Assembly (NCBI GenBank): GCA_011364905.1
Contig: RDNZ01000001.1
Span: 1-64,000, forward strand
Direction of reading: 5' to 3'
DNA length: 64,000 bases
DNA from: Candidatus Thorarchaeota archaeon
Lineage (GTDB): Archaea > Asgardarchaeota > Thorarchaeia > Thorarchaeales > Thorarchaeaceae
The notes under the pieces are model-generated. The model ran no database searches, was not told the origin of the DNA, and worked only from the letters and a program-made list of their open reading frames with translations. This document shows, in pieces, positions 29,676 to 39,699 of this stretch (within the stretch, counting starts at the first letter, position 1; each line of letters starts with the position of its first letter). The translations under genes and the position numbers were made by a program.

Positions 29676-30149
29676 ATGCCAACTTTGAAAGATGTGATGG
29701 CTAATGCACCATCCTGCAATGATGCGATAGAGGATATAGAACCTGCCTATCGCGGAGGTTTCATTCGTCAAAAAGATGAGTACAAGTTGAATGAAGAGGC
29801 TGTCGAGAAGCTAAAGAAGCTGATAGACGACTATACCATTGTAATTATGTTCGCAAATTGGTGCGGCGATTCGCGGCGAGCACTTCCAACGCTCGCGCTT
29901 CTTGAAGAGGCGCTAGGCACGTCATTCATGGCTTTGGGAGGAATGACAAAGCCTGCCTGGGGCTCGGGTAAGCTTTGGGAAGTCCCTCCTACGCCAAACG
30001 AAGTTGAAACTTTTGGAGTCACTAGCAGCCCAACGATTATAATCTTTGACAAGAGCGGAGAAGAGGTTGGCAGAATAAAGACACGACAGAGAATGACTCC
30101 AACCCTTGAAGAAGAAATCCTCAAAATAATAGAAGACTCTCGGAAGTAA
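29676..30149 (+). CDS. Thioredoxin-like protein (WCGDS type)
   Basis: NWCGDSRRALP, GVTSSPTIII, EEVGRI. Confidence 0.85.
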   Translation: MPTLKDVMANAPSCNDAIEDIEPAYRGGFIRQKDEYKLNEEAVEKLKKLIDDYTIVIMFANWCGDSRRALPTLALLEEALGTSFMALGGMTKPAWGSGKLWEVPPTPNEVETFGVTSSPTIIIFDKSGEEVGRIKTRQRMTPTLEEEILKIIEDSRK

Positions 30150-30292
30150 CTAAGAGTCCTACTATGGACTTCAGTTAAGTTCAGGCATTACACTCTCTGC
30201 GAAAAGCTGAAGTCCACGTTTGCTTGGCAGGTCCTCGAATCTAAGTGTGAAGTATGTGATTCCAAGGTAGCAGCATCTACTCTCTCATTTTG

Positions 30293-30697
30293 TTAATGCT
30301 GGCACTCATGACAGTTAGCGAATCCAGTTCGTTCGCAGATCGCTACTACATGACCTCCATGTTTCTGCCCCCAATTCTGCATTGCTTCAAGAGCTGGTCC
30401 GAGGTCTCTTCCTTTTTCCGTCAATGTGTACCAGACTGCTGGGGGAATACTGCTAGCGTCGACCTCACGGGTTAAAATTCCACTCTCTTGTAGCTCGTGT
30501 AGCCGTTGTGTCAACACTTTGGGACTGACCCAACTGAGTTCCCTGTGAAGTTCATTGAATCTCAAACCGATTGATGATTCCGGTTTCAGCAAGACCTGAA
30601 TTATGAGAATCGACCACTTTTTGCCTAGTATCCTAGCTGCCGCAAAAACTGGGCACATTTCTACCTCTTCTTTTGTCCGCATTCTGAAAAGAGTCAC
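30293..30697 (-). CDS. HxlR (MarR/DUF24) family transcriptional regulator with Cys-rich tail
   Basis: CPVFAAARILGKKW, RFNEL, SPKVLTQRLHEL, PPAVWYTLTEKG; C-terminal CERTGFANCHEC. Confidence 0.92.
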   Translation of the reverse strand: MTLFRMRTKEEVEMCPVFAAARILGKKWSILIIQVLLKPESSIGLRFNELHRELSWVSPKVLTQRLHELQESGILTREVDASSIPPAVWYTLTEKGRDLGPALEAMQNWGQKHGGHVVAICERTGFANCHECQH

Positions 30698-30711
30698 TTC
30701 CCGCTTGGTAA

Positions 30712-30732
30712 CTACTATCCTTATAATAGTAG
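30712..30732. promoter_or_regulatory. Candidate HxlR operator in the divergent promoter
   Basis: Inverted repeat CTACTAT-N7-ATAGTAG in the 53-bp gap, overlapping TATA-like elements. Confidence 0.55.
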
Positions 30733-30750
30733 GGCTATAAATAATTAACT

Positions 30751-31518
30751 ATGGTAAAGACAGAGGTTTCAACAGTGGCAACAGTGAAACGACTTATGAT
30801 ACACATTGACGAAGAGTTATGCACGGGATGTGGAAACTGCGTTCCGAGCTGTGCTGAAGGAGCACTCAAGATAATCGATGGAAAAGCAAAGGTTGTTTCT
30901 GAATCATTTTGCGATGGACTAGGGGCATGCTTAGGCGAGTGTCCAGAAGGCGCCCTCACCCTAAAAGAGGTAGAAACCATCCCGTTTGATGAATCAGCTG
31001 CTAACGAGAATTTACGAAAAACAAGACTGGCCACTCAGGATGTGAATTGTGCTGGTAGTGAGAGGTACACCTATTCACAAGAAGATACAGCAGTTCATGA
31101 AGGATCTAGTCACCTGCTTCCTGAAACCACTCTGAATCCCAAACAGTCAGAACTGGCACAATGGCCAATCAAACTGAAACTACTGAGTTCGCAACATCCT
31201 GCACTTAGGGAAGCAAGTGTTCTTGTTGTGGCAGACTGCGCAGCGCTTGCATACACATCTATGCATGATGATTTTCTCAAAGGGAAAGCTGTAATCTTGG
31301 CTTGTCCAAAATTCGAAGATTATCAGCCAAATCTAATGAAACTCACCGAGATGTTCCGAGTCAATAAGGTCAAAGATATCTCAGTTGTCCACATGGAGGT
31401 GCCTTGCTGTCATGGACTTGTGAGGATAGTGGCACAAGCCATACTCAACACAGGTACGAATATACCATTGAGAGTTTTTGAAATAGGAGTCAAAGGAAAT
31501 ATCAAGACCGTTTCTTAG
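30751..31518 (+). CDS. 4Fe-4S dicluster protein (MEVPCC family)
   Basis: CTGCGNCVPSC, CDGLGACLGECP, QWPIKL, ADC, CPK, MEVPCC. Confidence 0.9.
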   Translation: MVKTEVSTVATVKRLMIHIDEELCTGCGNCVPSCAEGALKIIDGKAKVVSESFCDGLGACLGECPEGALTLKEVETIPFDESAANENLRKTRLATQDVNCAGSERYTYSQEDTAVHEGSSHLLPETTLNPKQSELAQWPIKLKLLSSQHPALREASVLVVADCAALAYTSMHDDFLKGKAVILACPKFEDYQPNLMKLTEMFRVNKVKDISVVHMEVPCCHGLVRIVAQAILNTGTNIPLRVFEIGVKGNIKTVS

Positions 31519-31536
31519 ATTTGCTCTGGCGATTTT

Positions 31537-32730
31537 ATGGCAAGTAATCGGAAGAATGTCCTGAGAAAGTTGATCGAAAGAATAGATGCTGGAGAGGACT
31601 ACACAGAGATTAAAGGATACTTTCAGAAGAATCTTGGTCCCGTTAATCCTTTGGAAGTAGATTACCACAAAGAGGAGTGGATGAAGGATGGGATTTCGGA
31701 AGAGAATTTCGAGGTGCTAAAAAGAATAAGTCTGGAAGTATTCAGGGAGTCAATCCAGAATGAAAAACCTATTGCACCGAAAGGCCACCCCCTTTACACA
31801 CTAATGGCTGAACATGCCTTAATTATGGAGTATGTGAATGAGCTACAACGCCTTGTCGCCTCAATATCATCAGGCGAGAGAGAAGCAACCTCTGAATTTC
31901 TGGATAGAATTAGGCAACTTATTGGATACCTGGAGGATTCGCAAACACACTATCTGCGTGAGGAAAATGCTCTCTTTCCGATGATAGAGAAACATGGACT
32001 TACTGGACCAACTGCTGCAATGTGGAGTGAACACCAGGATATTCATGTACTTGAAAAGGAAATTTCCGAACTGAATTCCCAAACCGATAGCAAACTCATC
32101 AAGTTTCTGGGAAAAATGTCTGAACCAACTATGGACCTGGTAAACCTACTAGCCAGCCACTTCAACAAGGAGAATACCATTCTCTTTCCGGCCTCCCTCA
32201 GGCTACTCAAGGAAGTAGAATGGGATGCAGTGGCCCAAGATTTCGACGACATCGGATACAGCAGTTATGCGATAAAACCCGCTAGAGGAGCAGCTACTGT
32301 CGAGGAGAAACAGGCATCTGTTTCAACTAACGACGTTGTGTTTGGTAGTGGTAGACTTTCTATTAGCATTCTCGAAGCAATGTTCAATCATTTGCCAATT
32401 GACATAACCTTTGTTGACGCCCACGATCGCGTGCAATTCTTCAGTGAGTCACCTGATCGTATCTTTGTTCGATCTCGAGCTGTTATCGGAAGAAGTGTAC
32501 AGCTCTGTCATCCCAAGAAGAGTCTGCATGTCGTTGAGAAGATTCTACAAGACTTTAGAGAAGGCACGAGAAACTCTGCAGAGTTTTGGATTGATCTTAA
32601 GGGAAAGAAAATCCACATACGCTACTTTGCTGTTCGTGATTCTAATAGCGAATACTTGGGTTGCTTAGAAGTCAGCCAAGACATAACCGAGATCTTGAAG
32701 ATAACGGGGGAAAAACGACTATTGGATTAA
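31537..32730 (+). CDS. DUF438 / hemerythrin / PAS-domain protein
   Basis: GHPLYTLMAEH, HYLREENALFP, MWSEH, KENTILFP, LPIDITFVD, CHPKKS, YFAVRD. Confidence 0.92.
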   Translation: MASNRKNVLRKLIERIDAGEDYTEIKGYFQKNLGPVNPLEVDYHKEEWMKDGISEENFEVLKRISLEVFRESIQNEKPIAPKGHPLYTLMAEHALIMEYVNELQRLVASISSGEREATSEFLDRIRQLIGYLEDSQTHYLREENALFPMIEKHGLTGPTAAMWSEHQDIHVLEKEISELNSQTDSKLIKFLGKMSEPTMDLVNLLASHFNKENTILFPASLRLLKEVEWDAVAQDFDDIGYSSYAIKPARGAATVEEKQASVSTNDVVFGSGRLSISILEAMFNHLPIDITFVDAHDRVQFFSESPDRIFVRSRAVIGRSVQLCHPKKSLHVVEKILQDFREGTRNSAEFWIDLKGKKIHIRYFAVRDSNSEYLGCLEVSQDITEILKITGEKRLLD

Positions 32731-32733
32731 AGG

Positions 32734-33618
32734 CTATTCTCTCGGCCATTCGGGGACCATTGAGTAGTAAGATGTTTTCATTTCACTAGAAAGAACCGCA
32801 ACAGGCATGTGAGGAGTGTCAAAACGGATGGCCACATTTCCTTGGTTATCTGCGAGGATAAGTCCAGCCTCACCAGTAGTCTTCTGACGCAACTCAGACA
32901 TCACGGTTTCAGCTGCTTGGTCAACCGTCAGACCTTGCTCGACATGAAACACAGCCATTCTCCCCATTGTGATGCGCAGGATCTGTTCTCCTTTCCCGGT
33001 ACAACTCACACCAGCAATATCGTTCGCATATACGCCAGCGCCGATAATGGGTGAGTCGCCAACACGACCAGGTAGCTTTCCAGGCCATCCGCTTGTGGAT
33101 GATCCTGCGGCGATTCTGCCCTTACTGTCAACTGCCAATGCTCCCACAGTGTCACATTCCCGAGCAATGGGTGCTACATCAGTCCTCTGTTTCTCCTCTT
33201 CTTTTCGGTAGCCTTCAGCTAACATCTGTTCGTACAGCTTGTTTGCACCGGAACCAACAATCTGCGAGTTTGAGGTTCTCTCAAGAACATACCTTGCAAG
33301 TGAAACAGGATGAGCAATATCTTGAACAGCCATCACCGCTCCGCTTTGTAAGCGGTTGCCATCCATTATCATTGCATCAAGCTCGACCTCACCATCTCTA
33401 TTCTTGCTGGCTCCCAATCCTGCAGTGAAGAGATTAGTTTCCTCAAGCACCCAGATCGCAGTCTCTACGGCATCGAGAACTGAACCACCCCTCTCTAATA
33501 CGCTCATTCCCCTCTCTGCTGCTTCCTTGACGGATGTCAGAATGTCTTCGTGATACTTGTCATCGAATACAGTTGCACCGCCATGAACGACAACCACAGG
33601 TAGTTTCACTAGAAGCAC
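32734..33618 (-). CDS. iaaA: Second isoaspartyl peptidase/L-asparaginase (type 2)
   Basis: VVVHGGA, ELDAMIMDG, CD/TVGA, STSG, GRVGDSP, CTGKGE. Confidence 0.92.
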   Translation of the reverse strand: MLLVKLPVVVVHGGATVFDDKYHEDILTSVKEAAERGMSVLERGGSVLDAVETAIWVLEETNLFTAGLGASKNRDGEVELDAMIMDGNRLQSGAVMAVQDIAHPVSLARYVLERTSNSQIVGSGANKLYEQMLAEGYRKEEEKQRTDVAPIARECDTVGALAVDSKGRIAAGSSTSGWPGKLPGRVGDSPIIGAGVYANDIAGVSCTGKGEQILRITMGRMAVFHVEQGLTVDQAAETVMSELRQKTTGEAGLILADNQGNVAIRFDTPHMPVAVLSSEMKTSYYSMVPEWPRE

Positions 33619-33673
33619 CTAACTCAGAGCATTCTAAAGGAGGACAAAAACATATCGAGATAGCCTTGCCTCG

Positions 33674-34573
33674 TTATAGTCCTAACCTGTGAAGTTCCTC
33701 TTCGAATATCAATTGTCTATCTTCAAGGGCGACTCTCCGTCCTGCAAATACTCCAAGATCGAGAGACCCAGCTCGCGCCTGCTCATCCAGTCTAGCAATC
33801 TCATCCTTAATTTCAGCTAGCCGTTCACGAATTACATCGACTCGCGATTTTGCACCCATCTCTGCGTCTGATGTAGGTGATTGAACTGAGATGATTTCGC
33901 CATCTCGGATTCTGTAAATTCTATCACATTGCCTTGCAATCGATGGGTCGTGCGTCACCATTAGCACAGTCTTGCCAAACTCCTTGTTGACTTTGTGAAG
34001 ATACTCAACGACTATAGCACCGGTCTCGGTATCGAGATCACCCGTGGGCTCATCGCACAACAAGACTTTGGGATCATTCGCTATAGCTGCGGCAATTGCG
34101 ACACGTTGGCGTTCTCCTCCAGACAACTCATCGGGTTTATGCTTCATACGGTCTCCCAGACCGACGATTCCAAGTAACTCCTCTACTCGAGCCTTTCTGG
34201 TAGCTCCATCAGCTTTTGCGGCAAGCATAGGCAGTTCGACATTCTCATAGGCTGTGAGTGTTGGGATCAGATTGAGTTCTTGAAAGATATGGCCCACGAT
34301 TTCTCTACGTAGAGCCACAAGTTGAGTTGGATTTGCATTGGTAACATCATATCCAGCAACCACCGTGCTTCCAGCTGTTGCCTTTGTGATTCCACCAAGG
34401 ATATTGAGAAGCGTGGTCTTTCCTGAACCACTAGCTCCAACTATGGCGACCATCTCACCTTTATCGACCTGCATCGAGAGACCCCGAAGGGCTTGGACCT
34501 CAACGCTCCCTATTCGGAAAACCTTCACGAGATCATCTGCTTGAATATACGCTTTATTACTCATCTTTGTCAC
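33674..34573 (-). CDS. ABC transporter ATP-binding protein (LolD/MacB type) with C-terminal coiled coil
   Basis: GASGSGKT, LSGGERQR, DEPTGDLD, VTHD; about 55-aa helical extension. Confidence 0.95.
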   Translation of the reverse strand: MTKMSNKAYIQADDLVKVFRIGSVEVQALRGLSMQVDKGEMVAIVGASGSGKTTLLNILGGITKATAGSTVVAGYDVTNANPTQLVALRREIVGHIFQELNLIPTLTAYENVELPMLAAKADGATRKARVEELLGIVGLGDRMKHKPDELSGGERQRVAIAAAIANDPKVLLCDEPTGDLDTETGAIVVEYLHKVNKEFGKTVLMVTHDPSIARQCDRIYRIRDGEIISVQSPTSDAEMGAKSRVDVIRERLAEIKDEIARLDEQARAGSLDLGVFAGRRVALEDRQLIFEEELHRLGL

Positions 34574-37360
34574 CTATTCCCTTAACACCTCAACTTTAGA
34601 TTCGGGCCGGCGAGAAGCCAGCCATACAGGAATTATCGCAGCAAGCAGGATAACTCCAATGAGAGTCATGTTTGTGAGGAATGCTCCTCCTCCCAGAACG
34701 ATCCTGTATCGTATCAGACCAGTAGCATTCTGGTTCTGTTGTGCCGCCTGACCAAGAGTCTGTGCTATTCCAACGACTCCACCCAGAATCAATGCAAACA
34801 GCACTGTGACCATCACTTCAGCAAGCAAGGTCTTGAACAGCTGCCATTTACTGAACCCTCGAACGGACAAGAGGGCAATCTCGGCATCTTTTTCCCTCAA
34901 AGTGAGGATAACAACAAGTCCCACGCCAGCCATGGCGAGTATAATGGCAAAACTGATGGCAAGATACTGAATCTTTGTGACACCACTTCTGAGGGGACTC
35001 GACTCATAGTCAGCAATCTCTGATGTAACGGAATATGTGGAATAAGCATTAGGAATACCTTGAAGGAATTGCTCTTGAAGAACAGTACCGTTCACACCTG
35101 GAGCTGTGTCGACCAGAACATTAGCAGTTGATGTGTATATCAGCATACTCCTATTTAGAAACGATTCCGATACAATGGAGATATAGTTCCCACCTGTAGT
35201 AAAAGTGTATCCAGCAATTGCTATTTCAATTATGGACTGGTAGCCTATTAGACCTACAATTGTTAGATCAAATTTGCCACCTCCAAACGGTCCATCTACT
35301 GTGATTGTGTCCCCAACCTTTAGATCTAAAGTCTTGGCAACGTCTCGTGATATTATAATACCGTCATCACCCAGATTTGCCAACATGTCAGCGAAACTTG
35401 TAGTAAACCATTCAGGTTCCCAATATCCGACATCAGCCCACTTGTCTGGTCGTATACCAAGAGTATCTATCGTATTGGATCCAGCTTTGAGATCAAGCTG
35501 GTACTCTGGAGTCACTGCCACGACCCCATTGTATGTTTCTGCCTCACTAAGGGCTTGCGTCATATTCGCTCCGGCATCCAATTGAATGCGGACATCCGCA
35601 CCTACGTTATATCGAGCAGTCCGCTCTGTGTAGTCAAATGTTGAGTAGAGACTGCCTGTGGCAAACACCCCATAGGATACAATAAGTGCAATAATGAAGA
35701 CGAGCGAAGCAGTCCGAGCTGGATTACGTTTCACATTCCTCGTGGCTAGATTTCCGAATGCCCCGAAGAATCTACGACCTGCCTGAACAACGGCTTCTTG
35801 GAATCTGAGTGATCCCTTCATAAAGACTCGAGTGGCACCATAGAGGAATAGGAGTGGCCCAATGTAGTTTAGGACACCGTCGATTGCCGCCCAGGCCACG
35901 AATAGAAGTGCGAGTGCGAAGTTTCCGAAATTGAGCGACCCAAGCAGACCACTAACATCAATCCCCAGTAACCAAACTATAAGTTTGTATGAACCGAGAA
36001 TCAGGGACACAGTTGGGAGAAGCTTCTTGTATTCAGACACATCTTCAACATAGATATACTGTTTCAAAGCATCAAGAATTTCCAGCTTTGAGGCTCGGCC
36101 TGCAGGTCTCCAAACAGAGAACAAACCGAGAAACATGCCCACAATAATTGACAGGATGATGGCGGTAATATTGCTTAGAACAGCTGAAACGATGTTAACA
36201 TCTGTCAATCCCAGAACAAAGTAGGCTGCACCTGTTCCCAGAAAGATTGCAATGGCTCCAGCGATTCCCCCAACTAAGGTCCCTTCAACCAAGAACATCC
36301 TTTTGATAGTGGGTCGTTTGTACCCTTTTGTGAGCAGGAGTCCAATCTCTCGTCGACGGAAGTTGTACCCTACATCACTCACCATTGTCCCGCTGAAATA
36401 TGCCAGCAAAAACACTGGAAGTGATATTGAGATGAACTGCAGATTCATTCCTAGCTGAGTGAACTGATAAGTGCTCAAAGGTGTCTGTAGATTGGAGATG
36501 ACAGTTCCATCATAAGAAGTAGCACGAATACTGATAGTATTCTGAAGAGCGGTCAATCTTGTTAATGATGCTCCAATGTCATATGGGTCCAAGTATCTGG
36601 AGCGATCAATACGAATCTGTATGACATTGCGAACACTAACATGATTGTGATAAGGTACTTCAGATGCTTCTTGCAGTACTGAGTCCGCGAATTGACTCCA
36701 ATCAGCAAGCATCAGATTGTAGGAGGATGAACCAAAAAGGGCGAGTGCTCCTGTACCACCTCCACCGGTTATCAAGTCAAAGATAGAAAATTGGCGTCGC
36801 TGATAAATGGAACTCCTTGTGGTTTGCGGCAGACTGACCAATCCAGCAACTGTAAGATTACGGTGGATAGTCGTTGGAAATGGTAAACTGGACACAGTAA
36901 TCTCCACATCAACAACCTGATCTAGGGAGAAAAGCGATTCATTTGCAGACCCTCTTACAATATAGGTTTCATTTGGTCCGAGGGTTGGGCGTCCAGAGAT
37001 CAGTTGCATTCCGGTTGTTAGAGGAGATGTCATATCAATTGCAGCAAGTGTCATGTTAACGTGGGTGTTGTTGAACTCAAAAGTGAATTGTGAAGAGTGA
37101 GTAACGTTAGTGACCCCATCAATCTCCAGGATGCTTGTTTGTAAGTTCTGAATATCTGACTCGGTCCAATTAGAGGATGTGCTTTCAACAGCAAAATCGA
37201 AAAGATGTTGTTCAACGCTTGCATCTAGTGCATCACGCGAAAGAACATCCGCCGCAACGTTTGTAGCTGCGAAGAAGGTAGTGGCTAGCAAGACTCCTAT
37301 CGTCAAAGCAATGAATAATCGATAACTACGAGCGACGCGCTTGAAAGCATACCTGAACAT
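34574..37360 (-). CDS. FtsX/MacB-family permease (duplicated architecture)
   Basis: RRREIGLLLTKG and REKDAEIALLSVRG motifs; two large extracellular domains. Confidence 0.92.
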   Translation of the reverse strand: MFRYAFKRVARSYRLFIALTIGVLLATTFFAATNVAADVLSRDALDASVEQHLFDFAVESTSSNWTESDIQNLQTSILEIDGVTNVTHSSQFTFEFNNTHVNMTLAAIDMTSPLTTGMQLISGRPTLGPNETYIVRGSANESLFSLDQVVDVEITVSSLPFPTTIHRNLTVAGLVSLPQTTRSSIYQRRQFSIFDLITGGGGTGALALFGSSSYNLMLADWSQFADSVLQEASEVPYHNHVSVRNVIQIRIDRSRYLDPYDIGASLTRLTALQNTISIRATSYDGTVISNLQTPLSTYQFTQLGMNLQFISISLPVFLLAYFSGTMVSDVGYNFRRREIGLLLTKGYKRPTIKRMFLVEGTLVGGIAGAIAIFLGTGAAYFVLGLTDVNIVSAVLSNITAIILSIIVGMFLGLFSVWRPAGRASKLEILDALKQYIYVEDVSEYKKLLPTVSLILGSYKLIVWLLGIDVSGLLGSLNFGNFALALLFVAWAAIDGVLNYIGPLLFLYGATRVFMKGSLRFQEAVVQAGRRFFGAFGNLATRNVKRNPARTASLVFIIALIVSYGVFATGSLYSTFDYTERTARYNVGADVRIQLDAGANMTQALSEAETYNGVVAVTPEYQLDLKAGSNTIDTLGIRPDKWADVGYWEPEWFTTSFADMLANLGDDGIIISRDVAKTLDLKVGDTITVDGPFGGGKFDLTIVGLIGYQSIIEIAIAGYTFTTGGNYISIVSESFLNRSMLIYTSTANVLVDTAPGVNGTVLQEQFLQGIPNAYSTYSVTSEIADYESSPLRSGVTKIQYLAISFAIILAMAGVGLVVILTLREKDAEIALLSVRGFSKWQLFKTLLAEVMVTVLFALILGGVVGIAQTLGQAAQQNQNATGLIRYRIVLGGGAFLTNMTLIGVILLAAIIPVWLASRRPESKVEVLRE

Positions 37361-37547
37361 TACTTCTGTCTCCAATAATTTCTAGGTTCGAATCATTTGC
37401 TTATAAGTTGTTTGATATTTGTCAAAAATCAAACATAACTCCAATATTGAATTCGAACAAAGAGAAACCCGCCACGATTTGTTGTCGTTCATATCAGAAT
37501 CGGTCCTTATAAAACTCGTGTTTATATCATATATGATATATTTTTGT

Positions 37548-38057
37548 TCATGGTCCTTTGCGTCTATCGTAGACGAGTGCCATAACAATAACCACAGCCA
37601 TGAATCCGATGCTCGACCCAACAACGATTGGTAGCGTGGCATCTTCTGGGATGGTCGGTGGTGGATTGGACTCGTAGACGATGTCACGAAACGCTGATGT
37701 TCTTGTGTTATTTGCAAGATCGTACGCACGAATTCTGACATTGAAGGTGCCGTCATTCGGAAAAGCCGGAACCGAGCCAGTATAGAAACTCCCATTGAAG
37801 CTCATTAGGCTGTTGAGAGTCATATTTGGACCAAATACCTCTACAGTGACATTTCTCACACCTGTTTCATCATCTGTGACATTCGCCCAAACACCGAAAC
37901 CCTGACCAAGCTCAGGTTGTCCCTCGAATCCCCATCCATAGACGTTTGGCGGTCTTGTATCTGCAGCGGTTACTGGTTGAGTAAATGAAAATAGGAAAAT
38001 CACGGCGATGGCTAATGCAAAGAGAATCATTGTTTGAGGGCGAGCCATTGTAATCAT
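37548..38057 (-). CDS. Secreted Ig-like protein with C-terminal membrane anchor
   Basis: Signal peptide, DTRPP...NVTDDETGV.NV...RAYDLANN, TM helix followed by RRK. Confidence 0.82.
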   Translation of the reverse strand: MITMARPQTMILFALAIAVIFLFSFTQPVTAADTRPPNVYGWGFEGQPELGQGFGVWANVTDDETGVRNVTVEVFGPNMTLNSLMSFNGSFYTGSVPAFPNDGTFNVRIRAYDLANNTRTSAFRDIVYESNPPPTIPEDATLPIVVGSSIGFMAVVIVMALVYDRRKGP

Positions 38058-38196
38058 CGAGTTTGAATCTGTTTTCCTTAATTAGGTAGTTCATTCACGC
38101 ACTAGGTTCAACCTACAATGCCTCTAGCGTATGCTGTAGAGGATAAGACGGCGCTATCAAGCGCCATCCCTATTGACTGACAATTCCTAACTTATC

Positions 38197-38787
38197 CTAC
38201 ATGAATTGGGATAGGAGTACAATTGCGAAAAGGACTATGATCAGTATGAAGCATAATAGCAATCTACAACCGCAGCTGCTGCCCTTGAAGAAGATTCGGT
38301 CAACGACAATGGCCGATGCCACAGCGTGCTTCCAGTCCATATAGTCTCCAACTTGAACCCTGAACTGGTCACGTACAGCGAGAATCTTCTTGTCAAGTTT
38401 GAAAGCAAAAATGCCTCCACTGCTTATGGCCTCAAATCCCCAAGCCAGAAACCCACCCTGAGCTTTCACTTCCTCATCACGATAGTACATCTTGAAGTTC
38501 TTTCTGAAGGCAATCCAAGGCCTGGTAAGCTTCACGAGTCTGTTGCCATCTTGGTCCTCCAACCAGAAAGTCTTGTCGAAGAACCCGCCTTTCGCAGTCA
38601 GAATTCTGTTCCCTTGCATATCTTCTATATGAATAGTAGACCTAAGGAAACTCAACCAAGTCTGACGAGCGATTCCTACCTGCTCTCCAGTAGTTTCATC
38701 AAAAATTTCATAGACTGGCCGTGCAGCCAGTATTTTCTGTTGAACTTTATAGTTATGACGTCCTGAATCACTGGGTGTTACTTCCAA
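38197..38787 (-). CDS. LURP-one-related (LOR)/scramblase-like tubby C-terminal-fold protein with tail anchor
   Basis: YKVQQKI...YEIFD...DKKILAVRDQFRV...AVASAIVVD, followed by SSCGC and a hydrophobic C-terminal helix. Confidence 0.78.
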   Translation of the reverse strand: MEVTPSDSGRHNYKVQQKILAARPVYEIFDETTGEQVGIARQTWLSFLRSTIHIEDMQGNRILTAKGGFFDKTFWLEDQDGNRLVKLTRPWIAFRKNFKMYYRDEEVKAQGGFLAWGFEAISSGGIFAFKLDKKILAVRDQFRVQVGDYMDWKHAVASAIVVDRIFFKGSSCGCRLLLCFILIIVLFAIVLLSQFM

Positions 38788-38852
38788 ACAAAAACCCCCA
38801 AACCAGTCCTAGCACAAACCCCCTAATAAGAAGTAGGGAATTGTTTGGACAC

Positions 38853-39491
38853 TTACTCGAGTGTAGGACCTCTATCATAGACACTGAACCACTGGCCGCA
38901 TGACGTACAGGTAATCCCCCGCTGATCATCTACTCTACCTGGACCAACCATCATCGAGTGACCGCAATGTGGACAGTTGACCTGCCTATCATGCACAGAA
39001 GCAAGTTGTTCTACCTTCTCGTGCTCTCTCTCAAACTCGTTTGCAATGTTTTTTCCCAGATAGCCCCCAATGAACGCGAGAAGAATGAAAAGTCCAGCGT
39101 ATACCAAAAAGCTGTAGAAAAGAGTGGAGGTGTATGCCAAAAAGAGAATTACAAAGAACGGATCAAAGACATACGACATAAAGACCAATAGCAGTCCTTG
39201 GCCCGCAAAACTCAGACAAGTCTGTTTGGGTCTAATGTCCCAAAGCGCAGCCGCAAAGATGCTGTTCAAGGCCCCCATCAAAACTATGAATGCAATAGCC
39301 ACTACTATCATTATTGACAGGACATCAGTGAAATTTGTGAAGAGCATAGCCCAAAAGAGATTCTCAAACAACCACAAGAGACCTATGGACATGATTGCGA
39401 AAGGAATGCCCTGCAAAAAGTATCGCAAGACAGTGTTCTGATCCTTGAACCGGTTGCCATAGTTATCGTAACTCACCCATCTGTCTTCCAT
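38853..39491 (-). CDS. 4-TM membrane protein with C-terminal zinc ribbon
   Basis: Four hydrophobic segments; CPHC-x16-CTSC; start at ATG 39491 after GGAG. Confidence 0.8.
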   Translation of the reverse strand: MEDRWVSYDNYGNRFKDQNTVLRYFLQGIPFAIMSIGLLWLFENLFWAMLFTNFTDVLSIMIVVAIAFIVLMGALNSIFAAALWDIRPKQTCLSFAGQGLLLVFMSYVFDPFFVILFLAYTSTLFYSFLVYAGLFILLAFIGGYLGKNIANEFEREHEKVEQLASVHDRQVNCPHCGHSMMVGPGRVDDQRGITCTSCGQWFSVYDRGPTLE

Positions 39492-39699
39492 CCAATTAAC
39501 TCCTACAAACAAGTTGGAGCACAAGCAACCTAAAAGCTCTTCGTCTGCGCCAATTTTGCTCTTGGGAAGAAAAAGGCAGGCGGAGTTCTGTGCGAGTAAT
39601 GCGGTGTATTGCCGCGCCATCTTTGCGTTTATCTCTGCGAAACTTTTTCAAACTGCATCCTTCTCTTTTCTTCTTTTGGTTCTCTCTGCGTCAACGTTT

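Noticed and set aside
11920-30149. Selenocysteine (TGA) recoding in the many redox proteins
   Set aside because: The active-site motifs examined are Cys-encoded and the ORFs look full length; no in-frame TGA candidate was found
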